A stretch of 64,000 nt of DNA from an uncultured Rickettsiales bacterium (GTDB lineage Bacteria > Pseudomonadota > Alphaproteobacteria > Rickettsiales > UBA8987): positions 3,141 to 67,140 of the forward strand of contig CAZPQM010000008.1 in NCBI GenBank assembly GCA_964588995.1. Direction: 5' to 3'. The translations under genes and the position numbers were made by a program. Below, piece by piece: positions 34,102 through 44,202 of this stretch (position 1 is its first letter; every line of letters begins with the position of its first letter). The notes under the pieces were generated by a model. That model saw only the letters and a list, made by a program, of their open reading frames with translations, searched no databases and was not told where the DNA came from.

Positions 34102-36690
34102 CTAAGACGCTTTCTTTTTCTTCCTTACTTTGGCCTCTTCAAGCAGCTTAACCGCGCCCTCGAGCGTAAGCGACTCCGGCTCAGTTCCTTTTGGCAGGCT
34201 GGCATTGGTTTTCACATGCTTGACATAAGGCCCGTAGCGCCCGTCATAAACGGCAACCGGCTTACCGTCCTTAGGATGGTTGCCCAGCTCTTTGATCGGC
34301 TCCGCCCCTTTGCGCCCGCCCTTTTGCGCGCCTTCGGCTATCACCGTCACGGCGCGGTTAATCCCGATCGTATAGGGGTCATCATCCCCTTTCAAACTGG
34401 TGAATTTGCCGTCATGCTGTACATAGGGGCCATAGCGGCCAATATTCGCGACGATCTCCTTACCTGACTCCGGGTGCATACCGACCACGCGCGGCAGGCT
34501 GAGCAGCTTGATCGCCTGTTCGAGCGTCGCCGTTTCCGGGGATTGCCCCTTCGGCAGGCTGGCGCGCTTCGGCTTGGCCTTGCCTTCCGGTTCACCGAGT
34601 TGCACATAAAAACCGTAGGGCCCTTTGCGTAACGTGATGTCTTTGCCGGTTTCAGGATCCTGTCCAAGCAATTTCGGTTCGTTAGCCAGATCGCTGCCGC
34701 TTGCCGCTTCATCGACCGCGCCCTCCACCCCGGAGCCGGGCAGTTGCACCGTGTGCCCGCATTCCGGGTAGTTGGAACAACCGAGAAAGGCACCGAACTT
34801 TCCGGTTTTCAGGCCCAGTTGCCCTGTACCGCAAGCAGGGCATTTCCGGCGTTCTTCCAACGGCCCGTCACCTGGGAATAACACCGGCGCGAGTGATTCG
34901 TTCAGATCATCGAGCACCTGAGAAAATTCAAGCTGCATCGCCTGCTCGACATTGCCGGAAAAGTCGCCCCAGAATTGCCGCAGCGCCTGCTTCCAGTCCA
35001 GCTCACCGGAAGCAATATCATCCAGATCCTCTTCCAGCTTTGCAGTAAAATCATACTCCACATAGCGCGGGAAATAACGCTCAAGGAATTTTGTTACCAG
35101 CCGACCGCGCATCTCCGGGAAAAACCGCTTCTGCTCCAGCTTGACGTAGTCGCGGTCCTGCAGCACGGAAATAATCGAGGCATAGGTAGAGGGACGGCCA
35201 ATACCCAGCTCTTCCAGCTTTTTCACCAGACTTGCCTCGGTATAACGTGGCGGAGGCTGGGTGAAATGCTGCACCGCAAGTGGATTCAGCCCCTCCGGGT
35301 TTTTCTCGTCCTTCTCCAACGTGGCAAGCGCAAGCGCATCGCCTTCGGATACCGGTGGCAGCTTTTTCTCATCATCCTCGCCGCCGTCATCATCGCGCCC
35401 TTCGCGGTAGACTTTGTAAAAACCGTCAAAACGAACGGTTGAACCGGTGGCACGGAAACGCGCCTGCTCTTTATCGGCGGCAATCTCCAGCGCGACCTGA
35501 TCCAGAATCACATTGGTCATCTGACTTGCAATCAATCGCTTCCAGATAAGATCGTACAGCTTATGCTGGTCATCATTGAGAAACCCTTTCACCTGATCCG
35601 GTGTCCGCTTCGGATCGGTCGGGCGAATGGCTTCGTGCGCTTCCTGCGCGTTCTTTTGCTTCTTGCTGTAGTAGCGCGGCTTTTCGGGCAGATATTTCTG
35701 ACCATACCTGCTTTCCACCAGCTCGCGTGCGGCATACATCGCCTCCGGAGCAACGTCCACACCGTCGGTACGCATATAGGTAATCAGACCGGTTGTCTCG
35801 CCATCCAGCTGAATCCCCTCATAGAGTTTCTGCGCGGTCTGCATGGTGCGTTTCGCCGAAAAACCGAGCTTGCGGCTTGCTTCCTGTTGCAGGGTGGAGG
35901 TGGTAAAGGGGGCATAGGGTTTACGCTGCGATTCCTTGGTTTCAATCGAAGCGATATGATAGCTGGCGCTGCTTAAGGCCGACTCGATCTTTTTCGCTTC
36001 CGCTTCGGTGGTAATGGCAAATTTATCCAGCTTCTCACCCTGATAGTGCGTCAGTTGCGATTGGATCTTTGCTTTCTCACCCGTTTCAAATACAGCGTCC
36101 AGCGTCCAGTATTCGCGGGAATCAAACTGCTCAATTTCTTCTTCGCGCTCGCAGATGATCCGTAGCGCGACCGACTGCACGCGCCCTGCTGACCGACTGC
36201 CCGGTAGCTTTCGCCATAAGACGGGAGACAGGTTAAACCCAACGAGGTAATCGAGCGCACGGCGTGCCTGTTGGGCGTTAATAAGATCCATGTCAAGCGT
36301 ACGCGGCTGTTCAAGCGCTTCGGACACTGCTTTTTTCGTAATTGAGCTGAACGCTACCCGCTCGACCGGGGTATCTTTTTTCACGACTTTTTTCGCTTTC
36401 AGCACTTCAAGCACGTGCCAGGAAATCGCCTCCCCCTCCCGATCCGGGTCGGTGGCAAGAATCAGCTTATCCGACCGCTTCATCGCATCCGTAATCGCCT
36501 TTACATGCTTAGTGGAATCGGAACTGATCTGGTAATGCATTGCGAAGTCGTCATTGGGTTCAACCGAACCGTCCTTACTCGGCAGATCACGGATATGCCC
36601 GAAAGAGGCAAGCACCGTGTAATCCTTCCCAAGATATTTATTGATCGTCTTGCACTTGGCAGGACTCTCGACAATGACAACGCTGGGCAT
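34102..36690 (-). CDS. topA: DNA topoisomerase I
   Basis: Toprim N-terminus VIVESPAKCKTI, active-site region YMRTDG, a Zn-ribbon (CPACG...CSNYPEC), and repeated C-terminal GRYGPYV motifs. Confidence 0.97.
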   Translation of the reverse strand: MPSVVIVESPAKCKTINKYLGKDYTVLASFGHIRDLPSKDGSVEPNDDFAMHYQISSDSTKHVKAITDAMKRSDKLILATDPDREGEAISWHVLEVLKAKKVVKKDTPVERVAFSSITKKAVSEALEQPRTLDMDLINAQQARRALDYLVGFNLSPVLWRKLPGSRSAGRVQSVALRIICEREEEIEQFDSREYWTLDAVFETGEKAKIQSQLTHYQGEKLDKFAITTEAEAKKIESALSSASYHIASIETKESQRKPYAPFTTSTLQQEASRKLGFSAKRTMQTAQKLYEGIQLDGETTGLITYMRTDGVDVAPEAMYAARELVESRYGQKYLPEKPRYYSKKQKNAQEAHEAIRPTDPKRTPDQVKGFLNDDQHKLYDLIWKRLIASQMTNVILDQVALEIAADKEQARFRATGSTVRFDGFYKVYREGRDDDGGEDDEKKLPPVSEGDALALATLEKDEKNPEGLNPLAVQHFTQPPPRYTEASLVKKLEELGIGRPSTYASIISVLQDRDYVKLEQKRFFPEMRGRLVTKFLERYFPRYVEYDFTAKLEEDLDDIASGELDWKQALRQFWGDFSGNVEQAMQLEFSQVLDDLNESLAPVLFPGDGPLEERRKCPACGTGQLGLKTGKFGAFLGCSNYPECGHTVQLPGSGVEGAVDEAASGSDLANEPKLLGQDPETGKDITLRKGPYGFYVQLGEPEGKAKPKRASLPKGQSPETATLEQAIKLLSLPRVVGMHPESGKEIVANIGRYGPYVQHDGKFTSLKGDDDPYTIGINRAVTVIAEGAQKGGRKGAEPIKELGNHPKDGKPVAVYDGRYGPYVKHVKTNASLPKGTEPESLTLEGAVKLLEEAKVRKKKKAS

Positions 36691-36845
36691 GCACGCTCCT
36701 GATACGAATAATAATTGCGCCGTTTTAGTAACGGAGTTTGCCTTACACTGTAAAGCGGATTCTCGAAAATTCTACAGTTCAGTTACGGATTTAGCGAACG
36801 AAAGTTACATCGCATCGCCGTGCAGAACCATAATGATCTGACGGC

Positions 36846-37631
36846 TTACCCTTTTCTGCGGGCTCTTTTTGCCCGTTTAAGATAAACAGCATAGACAATA
36901 GGCATCAGCGCATAATAGCCTAGCCCTGTGAGCATAAAAATCAACCACGGCTTGGCAAACAGCGCGATTAAATAAACCGCAATGGCGAGTTGCAGCAGCA
37001 ATACCAGATGATGCGGTATATGAAGCCGTTTAAGCGAAAGGGTCGGGATACGGCTCGCCATCAACAACGCCACCCCGATCACATAGAGACAGACTACCGG
37101 CGGCGTCGTAAACCAGACTACATAGGTAAAGAGACCCGGAAAATCCTCCTCCAGCGCGAATAAGACAAAAAGCGGACCGAGCGCGAGAAGCGCTCCCGCC
37201 GGAGACGGGATACCTTCAAAAAACCGGGCCTTCCAGGCAGGCCGGTCATCATGTTCCAGCGCAGTATTGAAGCGGGCAAGCCTGAGCATACAACACACGG
37301 AGAAAAACAGCGCAATACCCCAGCCGAGTTTTGGTACGTGGTGCATCTGCCAGTTATAGAGAATAAAAGGCGGCGCAATGCCAAACGCCACAAAATCCGT
37401 CAACGAATCGAGCTGGGCGCCAAATGGTGTACTCGCATCAAACATACGGGCTAGCTTGCCGTCGATTCCGTCGATAAAAGCCGCTACGAGAATCAGCGCA
37501 ACGGAGAGTTCCCAGCGTTCATCCATCGCGTAGCGCATGCTGGTCAGCCCGGCGCAGAGGCCGAAAATCGTCGCCATATTCGGGGCAAGCCGGGTAATAG
37601 GCAGACGTGAACCGGGTGAGCTTGTCGCCAT
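36846..37631 (-). CDS. pssA: CDP-diacylglycerol--serine O-phosphatidyltransferase
   Basis: CDP-alcohol phosphatidyltransferase motif DGIDGKLARMFDASTPFGAQLDSLTD. Multi-TM protein. Abuts psd. Confidence 0.9.
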   Translation of the reverse strand: MATSSPGSRLPITRLAPNMATIFGLCAGLTSMRYAMDERWELSVALILVAAFIDGIDGKLARMFDASTPFGAQLDSLTDFVAFGIAPPFILYNWQMHHVPKLGWGIALFFSVCCMLRLARFNTALEHDDRPAWKARFFEGIPSPAGALLALGPLFVLFALEEDFPGLFTYVVWFTTPPVVCLYVIGVALLMASRIPTLSLKRLHIPHHLVLLLQLAIAVYLIALFAKPWLIFMLTGLGYYALMPIVYAVYLKRAKRARRKG

Positions 37632-38329
37632 TAAAGTTCCTTGTAGCTCAGAGCGGCTTTATCGGTTTTTAAGCTCGCCAATACGGTTTCGCCACCGATC
37701 ATGGTTTGGCCGATCGTCACTTTAGGCTTTATCCCTTTCGGCAGATACACATCGCAGCGGCTGCCGAAGCGGATCAGCCCGAACCGTTCCCCAGTTTCGA
37801 CCGCCTGCTCCTCTTTCAGTTCGCATAAGATTCGGCGCGCGACCAGACCGGCAATCTGCACGAAAATTATCTCATCGCCCTCCTCGGTCGTGACGGTGCA
37901 GAACTGCGCTTCGTTATCGCTGCTTGCTTTATCCAGTGAGGCATTGAAGAATTTCCCGGCGCGGTAACAGAGATGCGTAATCTTCCCTCCGATGGGGACG
38001 CGGTTCACGTGCACGTTAAAGACATTTAGAAAAATACTGACCCGCGTGCGCTTTTCCTTGCCATCTCCACCGGCTTCCTCCGGTACCAGCGCTTCGGCGA
38101 TATCGCATACCACCCCATCCCCGGGTGAAACGAGCAGCCCCTTTTTCTGCGGCACCATACGGTTCGGATCACGAAAAAAGTAATAGCACCAGACTGTTGC
38201 TATAATGCCTACCATGCCTAATAGCGAGGAAAGTAGCATGAGCACTAGCGTCACAATAAGAAAAATAAAAACAAATATATACCCTTCACGATGGATGGGT
38301 GGAATCACAGATCGTATTGTTTCAAGCAT
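37631..38329 (-). CDS. psd: Phosphatidylserine decarboxylase proenzyme (short type)
   Basis: FRDPNR, FLNVFNVHVNR, and the self-cleavage motif FGSRCDVYLP. Its stop overlaps the pssA start. Confidence 0.9.
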   Translation of the reverse strand: MLETIRSVIPPIHREGYIFVFIFLIVTLVLMLLSSLLGMVGIIATVWCYYFFRDPNRMVPQKKGLLVSPGDGVVCDIAEALVPEEAGGDGKEKRTRVSIFLNVFNVHVNRVPIGGKITHLCYRAGKFFNASLDKASSDNEAQFCTVTTEEGDEIIFVQIAGLVARRILCELKEEQAVETGERFGLIRFGSRCDVYLPKGIKPKVTIGQTMIGGETVLASLKTDKAALSYKEL

Positions 38330-38660
38330 AAGTACCTTTGAATATATTATGTTGTGCCTGATAATTCATGACGTTAAAATCATCATAAGGCAATCATTAC
38401 TTCATCTTTAGAAGCTGAATTTCATCCTTAATGAATCTGAGATATGTGCAGATTATGCATATGACAAAATGTGAAGTGTTTTTACAAGCATTTTTATATG
38501 TATTGTATCTTTTTAACCCACTGTAAATTAAGTTTATTATCAATTAATACAAAAAGAGAACTTCTCATTTCGTCATTTTTGACGTTGTGGCGAGTTAATA
38601 CATGTCTTTTTTGCGAAGCTTATAGTACATTATGTTTGGTGTATGCAGTAGGAGGAAAAA

Positions 38661-39413
38661 ATGCAAAAAACACGAAGACAACAACGAAAAGATAAACAGA
38701 AAGGTTTTACACTCGTAGAACTCTCGATTGTGCTCGTTATTATCGGCTTAATTGTCGGTGGCGTACTGGTAGGGCAGGATTTGATCGCCGCGGCTCAGAT
38801 TCGCGCGCAGATTTCGCAGCTGAATGAATTTAATGCTGCTGTTAATACGTTCCGCGCACAGTACGACGGTATCCCGGGTGATACGCGCAACCTTTTTGCA
38901 TTAGGCTTAGTTGCTGATACGAATGGAAATGGCAATGGTGATGGGATCATTGATGGCGATCCATCTGCAACAAACACAGAAGCCGCACATTTTTTTGATT
39001 CATTATCTGCTGCAGAGCTTATTGCTGGTCAGTTTGGTGAAACCGAAGGTCCCGAAACAAGTATTGATACCGGGCTTCTGGTTGCTGTTTCTGCCGGTAG
39101 TTTAAATTATTGGATTGTCGGCGGTGGAGTAGGTTCAGGTCCGAATGATATGACCAATGCGGCCGTTGCTGCGGGAAGCGGCATTACCGGTTTTCAGGCA
39201 TGGTCGCTTGACAGCAAAATGGATGATGCCGATCCCGAAACCGGATCAATGCGGCTGGTGGATCCTGGAGCCACTCTTTCCGGTCAAACTGGTCCTGATG
39301 ACTGGCTGGCTTCGCCTGACACGAACTGTGTTGCCGGTGGTGAGTACGTTATTGATACTACAGGAGATGGTACGGTGGGTGATTGCCCGGTCTCTGTCCG
39401 TATACAGGGTTAA
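38661..39413 (+). CDS. Prepilin-type N-terminal cleavage/methylation domain protein (type IV pilin or pseudopilin-like)
   Basis: Leader MQKTRRQQRKDKQKG followed by FTLVELSIVLVIIGLIVGGVL, the class III signal (G/FTLxE). AGGAGG SD. No other pilus or T2SS genes in the window. Confidence 0.8.
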   Translation: MQKTRRQQRKDKQKGFTLVELSIVLVIIGLIVGGVLVGQDLIAAAQIRAQISQLNEFNAAVNTFRAQYDGIPGDTRNLFALGLVADTNGNGNGDGIIDGDPSATNTEAAHFFDSLSAAELIAGQFGETEGPETSIDTGLLVAVSAGSLNYWIVGGGVGSGPNDMTNAAVAAGSGITGFQAWSLDSKMDDADPETGSMRLVDPGATLSGQTGPDDWLASPDTNCVAGGEYVIDTTGDGTVGDCPVSVRIQG

Positions 39414-39435
39414 CATCTAAAAATTTAATCTCAGG

Positions 39436-39469
39436 AAAAAGGTTGCTCTTCACGGGGCAGCCTTTTTTT
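39436..39469 (+). terminator. Rho-independent terminator after the pilin gene
   Basis: aaggttgc ... gcagcctt forms an 8-bp stem (one G-U pair) with a 10-nt loop, followed by T7. Confidence 0.6.
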
Positions 39470-39477
39470 ATGCCCGT

Positions 39478-40080
39478 ATGAAGGCCTACCGTTTTACCCG
39501 CGATGCACTCTTATACCGTCTGAAGCACGGGCGGTGGTCACAATCCCATCTCGCAAAAGCGTTCAAGGCGCCCGAAGCACTGCACATACTCGATACAACG
39601 GCAGGCTATGGCGAGGATGCTTTTATACTTGCATCACTAGGACATAGGCTCACCCTGCTCGAGCGCAATGAGACGGTCTATCAGGCACTACAAACCGCCA
39701 TACAGGAGGCCGGGCAGCACCCTGTAACCGCGCCGATTGTCGCGCGAATGACCCTTCACCGTGCCGATGCGATGGAATATATAAAAACATGCAAGGAGTT
39801 TGACGCGATGTACCTCGACCCAATGTTCCCACACTCGACGAAGTCAGCGTTGGTGAAGCAAAAAATGCGGGACTTACGCGAAACCGTGGGTGCAGATCAG
39901 GATGCAGACGCCTTATTGCCGCTTGCAGTCAGCAAAGCCCGCTATCGCGTAGTCGTTAAGCGCCCGGCAAAGGCACCGCACCTCAATCAGCAAACGCCGG
40001 ATCACATGATTAAGGGGAAAAGCAACCGCTACGATATCTATATCAACCGGTCTTTCCGGCATCAATCAGCGGACAAATAG
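39478..40080 (+). CDS. rsmJ: 16S rRNA (guanine1516-N2)-methyltransferase RsmJ-like
   Basis: ILDTTAGYGEDAFILASLG, YLDPMFPHSTKSALVKQKMR, and YRVVVKRP are colinear with E. coli RsmJ as I recall it. Confidence 0.8.
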   Translation: MKAYRFTRDALLYRLKHGRWSQSHLAKAFKAPEALHILDTTAGYGEDAFILASLGHRLTLLERNETVYQALQTAIQEAGQHPVTAPIVARMTLHRADAMEYIKTCKEFDAMYLDPMFPHSTKSALVKQKMRDLRETVGADQDADALLPLAVSKARYRVVVKRPAKAPHLNQQTPDHMIKGKSNRYDIYINRSFRHQSADK

Positions 40081-40703
40081 AGCACGTTCTGCTCATGCAG
40101 CCAGGCGAGCAACGGCATCATCGGCATGCCGTAAACCGTATCTGCATCCCCTTCCACCTTGGAAAAAAGATGGACACCGTACGACTCGAACTTATAGGCA
40201 CCGCAGCTGTGAATCGGCTCATCCGCCTCCACATAGAGCGTGATTTCCTCATCGGTCAGTGGTCGCATGGTTAACCGGGCCACATCAACCGCATCCCATA
40301 ATTTTTCACCTGCCTTATAGACTGCGACCGCGCTCGTCTGCTGATGCGTTTTGCCACGCAGTTTATGCAATTGCCGAATCGCATTTTCTGTTGTGCCGGG
40401 CTTGCTGAGAATCTCGCCCTCGATCGAACAAATCTGATCACTACCAATCACCAATGATTCCGGCAGAATCTGTGAAACCGATCCGGCCTTAGCCGCCGCC
40501 AGTAATAAGGCTTGCGCATCCAAAGGCTGGTCTCCCGCTTCGCCGCGGATCGCCACTTCGTCAATATTGGCGGGCATTATTTCATTTGGGATGCTTAAGT
40601 AAGAGAGCATCGCCGCCCGAATTTCGGACTTTGATGCCAGTACGATAGATTCACGGGAGCGGATGTTAAGCATGCCACATCCTCTACCATAGGATGCCAA
40701 CAC
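40062..40703 (-). CDS. maf: Maf-like nucleoside triphosphate pyrophosphatase
   Basis: IVLASKSEIR...IPNEIMPANIDE...VIGSDQ...GAYKFES. The likely true start is the ATG at 40673. Its 3' end overlaps rsmJ by 19 nt (convergent). Confidence 0.85.
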   Translation of the reverse strand: MLASYGRGCGMLNIRSRESIVLASKSEIRAAMLSYLSIPNEIMPANIDEVAIRGEAGDQPLDAQALLLAAAKAGSVSQILPESLVIGSDQICSIEGEILSKPGTTENAIRQLHKLRGKTHQQTSAVAVYKAGEKLWDAVDVARLTMRPLTDEEITLYVEADEPIHSCGAYKFESYGVHLFSKVEGDADTVYGMPMMPLLAWLHEQNVLYLSAD

Positions 40704-40712
40704 TGCAAAGAA

Positions 40713-41354
40713 TTAAGCGCCAAAAGGCAATTTTTGGGCGATCAACTGATAGATCCGCTCTTCCATATGCGGATCGGTTTTAAACACACCCGTCATGGTT
40801 TTGGTCACCGTGCTCGTCGTCGGGTTATGAATGCCGCGAGTGGTCATGCATTGGTGGAAAGCGTCAATAATGACTGCAACACCCTTGGGTTTCAGCACTT
40901 CTTCCATCGTGTTAGCTATCTGTGCGGTCATGGTTTCCTGCGTTTGCAACCGCTTGGCATAAATCTCCAGCACGCGGCCGATTTTGCTGATACCAACAAC
41001 ACGCTCATTGGGCAGATAAGCAATATGCGCCTGCCCGATGATGGGAACCATGTGATGCTCGCAGTGGCTTTCAAAGCGCATATTTTTGAGCAGCACGATA
41101 TCATCATACCCTTCCACATCTTCGAAGGTGCGTGAAAGCACGGCTTTCGGATCTACCTCATAACCTTTGAAAAATTCTTTATATGCCTGTGCAACGCGCT
41201 TAGGCGTATCAATCAGCCCTTCTCTTTCAGGGTTGTCGCCGGCATACGCTATCAGCGTACGTACGGCTTCCATGGCCTCTTCTTTGGTGGGTGCTTCAGT
41301 CATGCGTTTTCGCGTGTCCGTGGTGAGTTCCGATTGGGGGGTTTTCTTTAACAT
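40713..41354 (-). CDS. folE: GTP cyclohydrolase I
   Basis: REGLIDTPKRVAQAY, FESHCEHHMVPIIGQAHIAY, AKRLQTQE, HQCMTTRG. Confidence 0.95.
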   Translation of the reverse strand: MLKKTPQSELTTDTRKRMTEAPTKEEAMEAVRTLIAYAGDNPEREGLIDTPKRVAQAYKEFFKGYEVDPKAVLSRTFEDVEGYDDIVLLKNMRFESHCEHHMVPIIGQAHIAYLPNERVVGISKIGRVLEIYAKRLQTQETMTAQIANTMEEVLKPKGVAVIIDAFHQCMTTRGIHNPTTSTVTKTMTGVFKTDPHMEERIYQLIAQKLPFGA

Positions 41355-41568
41355 TGGCTACCTTTCAGCTATCAGTAGTCCTATAAATGCGAAGCGCATA
41401 TACAGGATAACAGGTCTGTTTTCAAGTTATATCTCCTTTCGCGATATTGATGTTAAAGTTACATTTATGCGGAAAAAGCGGATCGGGCCTTTACTTTCGT
41501 ATAATGGCATTGCAAATCAAGCGTATCCGGCTTATCAACGTTCCAAGGCGGATAAGTACGGAGGTTTT

Positions 41569-42045
41569 ATGAGTGCGTGGTCACATTTTCGTTACTGGTT
41601 TTTACTGATCTTGCTGGGAGTAGGCGTGCTGCTCGCTGCGACCAAGCTTCAGGCGCACCCGGGGCATGACCATGGCAGCATAGCTGCGCCGGCTGATGTT
41701 GCTGCGCCACCTGCCGATGCAACGGTAACCGAGAGCGGTTTAGCCTCCAAAGTATTGGAGCAGGGCACCGGCAGCGAACGTCCGGATGCGAACAGCACGG
41801 TTCGCGTTCATTATACCGGCTGGACGACCGACGGTAAGATGTTTGATAGCTCGGTTGCCCGCGGCCAGCCAATTGCCTTTAACCTGCAGCAGGTGATTGC
41901 CGGCTGGACCGAAGGCGTCCAGCTCATGGTTGAAGGGGAAAAACGCCGCTTATGGATTCCCGAAAACCTCGCCTATAAAGGCCGCCCCGGCGCGCCGGCC
42001 GGTATGCTGGTGTTTGATGTCGAGCTGCTGGACATTCTGGATTAA
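41569..42045 (+). CDS. FKBP-type peptidyl-prolyl cis-trans isomerase, secreted or membrane-anchored
   Basis: GGAGG SD before the ATG at 41569. Signal/TM segment, then VRVHYTGWTTDGKMFDSS...QVIAGWTEGVQLMVEGEKRRLWIP...LVFDVELL. The 5' part of ORF 41167..42045 overlaps folE and is rejected. Confidence 0.9.
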   Translation: MSAWSHFRYWFLLILLGVGVLLAATKLQAHPGHDHGSIAAPADVAAPPADATVTESGLASKVLEQGTGSERPDANSTVRVHYTGWTTDGKMFDSSVARGQPIAFNLQQVIAGWTEGVQLMVEGEKRRLWIPENLAYKGRPGAPAGMLVFDVELLDILD

Positions 42046-42057
42046 AGCGCCGATCGC

Positions 42058-42756
42058 TTACTTTTCCAACTCATAGAGAAGAAAATAACTGCGATCACTG
42101 CCGCTCTTATTTTTCTGCTGATATCGCGTCGTGATATGCCCCTCCGGCGGGTTCAGCCAGTCGGCAGGACGCCTTGCCGTAAATCGAAACGGTTTTCGCT
42201 GCAGCATTTGCACACAGATCCATTCGAGATAGCCTTCATGATCGGTGGCAAGCTGCAAAAATCCGCCCGGCCTGAGCGTTGCCTCCAGCAATGTCAGCAA
42301 TGGCGGGTTGACGATGCGGCGCTTATGGTGTCTGGTTTTCGGCCAGGGATCAGGGAAGAGTATATATACACCGTCAAGATAATCATCCGGCAAACGCTCG
42401 AGCACCAGACGGGCATCCTCCTGCGTCAGTAGCACATTACTCAGCGCAAGATCATCGACCTTCTTCACCGCTCTCGCCATTCCCTCATCATACACCTCCG
42501 CACCGATGAAGAGACTGCCCGGCAGTTCGGCAGCACGGTTGACAAGATGTTCCCCCGCACCGAAACCAATTTCGAAATAGATCGCCTCATAGCTGGTAGT
42601 AAGCGCCTCCCAGTCCGTATGCTCCGTAACGGCGTGGCGGGGCAACACGTCCTCCAGATAGTGCTTATGCGATGCTTTGAGGCCCCGCACCCGTGTACGG
42701 GCAAAAGAGGGCAAAAATCGGCGGCGGTTGTCATTCATGGCTTTTCTTTTGACCAC
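42058..42756 (-). CDS. trmB: tRNA (guanine46-N7)-methyltransferase
   Basis: IYFEIGFGAGEHL, ILFPDPWPKTRHHKRR, GGFLQLATD. Confidence 0.9.
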   Translation of the reverse strand: MVKRKAMNDNRRRFLPSFARTRVRGLKASHKHYLEDVLPRHAVTEHTDWEALTTSYEAIYFEIGFGAGEHLVNRAAELPGSLFIGAEVYDEGMARAVKKVDDLALSNVLLTQEDARLVLERLPDDYLDGVYILFPDPWPKTRHHKRRIVNPPLLTLLEATLRPGGFLQLATDHEGYLEWICVQMLQRKPFRFTARRPADWLNPPEGHITTRYQQKNKSGSDRSYFLLYELEK

Positions 42757-42776
42757 CGCACCCGTAATGTCAAGCG

Positions 42777-43367
42777 ATGAATGCCGCGTTGAAAGAACAA
42801 TTACGCACCGAAATGCGTGCCCGCCGCAAGGCAGTCCGGGAAGCAGACCGCCGTGAGGCCTCGCGCGCGGTTATTTCGCATTTTTTAGGCAATGTACCAT
42901 TGGAAAAAACCGATATTATCGGCGGCTATTGGGCAGCCGGAAGCGAGCTGAATATGCGCTATCTGCTGGAATGTCTGGAAGAGGAAGGCTACCAGCTCGC
43001 TTTACCACGCATCGTGGCCCATGAAAAACCGCTCGAATTTAAGCGCTACAAACGCGGTAACACGTTGCATCAGTCGCTGACCTTTCGTATTGAGGAGCCC
43101 TCCAAACTGGCCGAAACCGTAATACCTAACGTGCTGATTACGCCGCTGCTCGCCTTTGACAAGCGCGGCTATCGCCTCGGGCAGGGCGGCGGCTATTATG
43201 ACCGTACGATTCTGCAGCTCCATACGCTGGAGGAAGTCACCAAGCGCGTTTTTACCGTGGGGGTTGGCTATAGCTTTCAGGAGGTGGAGCGCATACCGAC
43301 CGATATTTACGATCAGCGGCTTGATTGCATTATCACCGAGGATGGTGTAGTGGTACCCCCGTCATGA
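42777..43367 (+). CDS. 5-formyltetrahydrofolate cyclo-ligase
   Basis: LRTEMRARRKA..., LALPRI, and GYRLGQGGGYYDR are typical MTHFS motifs. Confidence 0.85.
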   Translation: MNAALKEQLRTEMRARRKAVREADRREASRAVISHFLGNVPLEKTDIIGGYWAAGSELNMRYLLECLEEEGYQLALPRIVAHEKPLEFKRYKRGNTLHQSLTFRIEEPSKLAETVIPNVLITPLLAFDKRGYRLGQGGGYYDRTILQLHTLEEVTKRVFTVGVGYSFQEVERIPTDIYDQRLDCIITEDGVVVPPS

Positions 43368-44170
43368 AAATTCTCTTCTGCGGTGATGTTGTAGGTCGAT
43401 CGGGCCGGGCCGTCATCAAAAAACACCTGAATGCGTTGCGAACCAAGCACGCGCTGGACGCTGTCATCGTCAATGGTGAGAATGCCGCCAGCGGCTTTGG
43501 GCTTACCAAGAAAATCTGCGAAGGATTCCGCGAAGCGGGGGCGGATGTCATCACCGGGGGCGATCATTGCTTCGACCAAAAAGAGGTTATGCATTTCATC
43601 AATCACTATCCTGAACTGCTGCGCCCCGGTAACCTACCGGATAGCCTGCCCGGTGCGGGTGTGGGAGAATATACTATTCGAGGTAAAAAACTTGTCGTCG
43701 CCCATGTGCTCTGCCAGCTTTTTATGCGATACACGGTGGATCACCCGTTTCTCTGCCTTGATAAGCTTTTAAAACCTTACGAGCTGGGTAAAAACGCGGA
43801 TGCGATTATCGTTGATGTCCACGGAGAGGCCACGTCGGAGAAAATGGCCATCGGCCACTATCTCGACGGGCGCGTTTCCATGGTGACCGGCTCGCATACG
43901 CATGTGCCAACGGCAGATGAGCAGATTCTCCCGGGTGGCACGGCCTATCAGACCGATGCTGGCATGTGTGGGGATTATAATTCGGTCATTGGTTTTAAGA
44001 AAGAGGTCAGCCTGCCCGGCTTTCTGCATAAGGTGCGCACGCAGAAGAACGAAGTCGCAACCGGAGACGCGACCTTATGCGGCATCATTGTCGAAACGAA
44101 CGAGGCGAGCGGGTTGGCGGAAAATGTCTATCCGGTGCGCGTCGGCGGCAGGTTAAGTAAAACGCCTTAA
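43364..44170 (+). CDS. YmdB-like metallophosphoesterase (TIGR00282 family)
   Basis: MKILFCGDVVGRSGR, VNGENAASGFGLT, GDHCFD, VDVHGEATSEK, TGSHTHVPTAD. The ATG overlaps the previous stop (ATGA). Confidence 0.85.
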   Translation: MKILFCGDVVGRSGRAVIKKHLNALRTKHALDAVIVNGENAASGFGLTKKICEGFREAGADVITGGDHCFDQKEVMHFINHYPELLRPGNLPDSLPGAGVGEYTIRGKKLVVAHVLCQLFMRYTVDHPFLCLDKLLKPYELGKNADAIIVDVHGEATSEKMAIGHYLDGRVSMVTGSHTHVPTADEQILPGGTAYQTDAGMCGDYNSVIGFKKEVSLPGFLHKVRTQKNEVATGDATLCGIIVETNEASGLAENVYPVRVGGRLSKTP

Positions 44171-44202
44171 AATCTTCTGCAGAAGTGCACTATGTAGTAG
44201 CC

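Noticed and set aside
41167-41568. N-terminal 134 codons of the listed ORF 41167..42045
   Set aside because: This part overlaps folE on the opposite strand and has a Ser/Val-rich nonsense composition. The real FKBP gene starts at the ATG at 41569, preceded by GGAGG and followed by a signal peptide.
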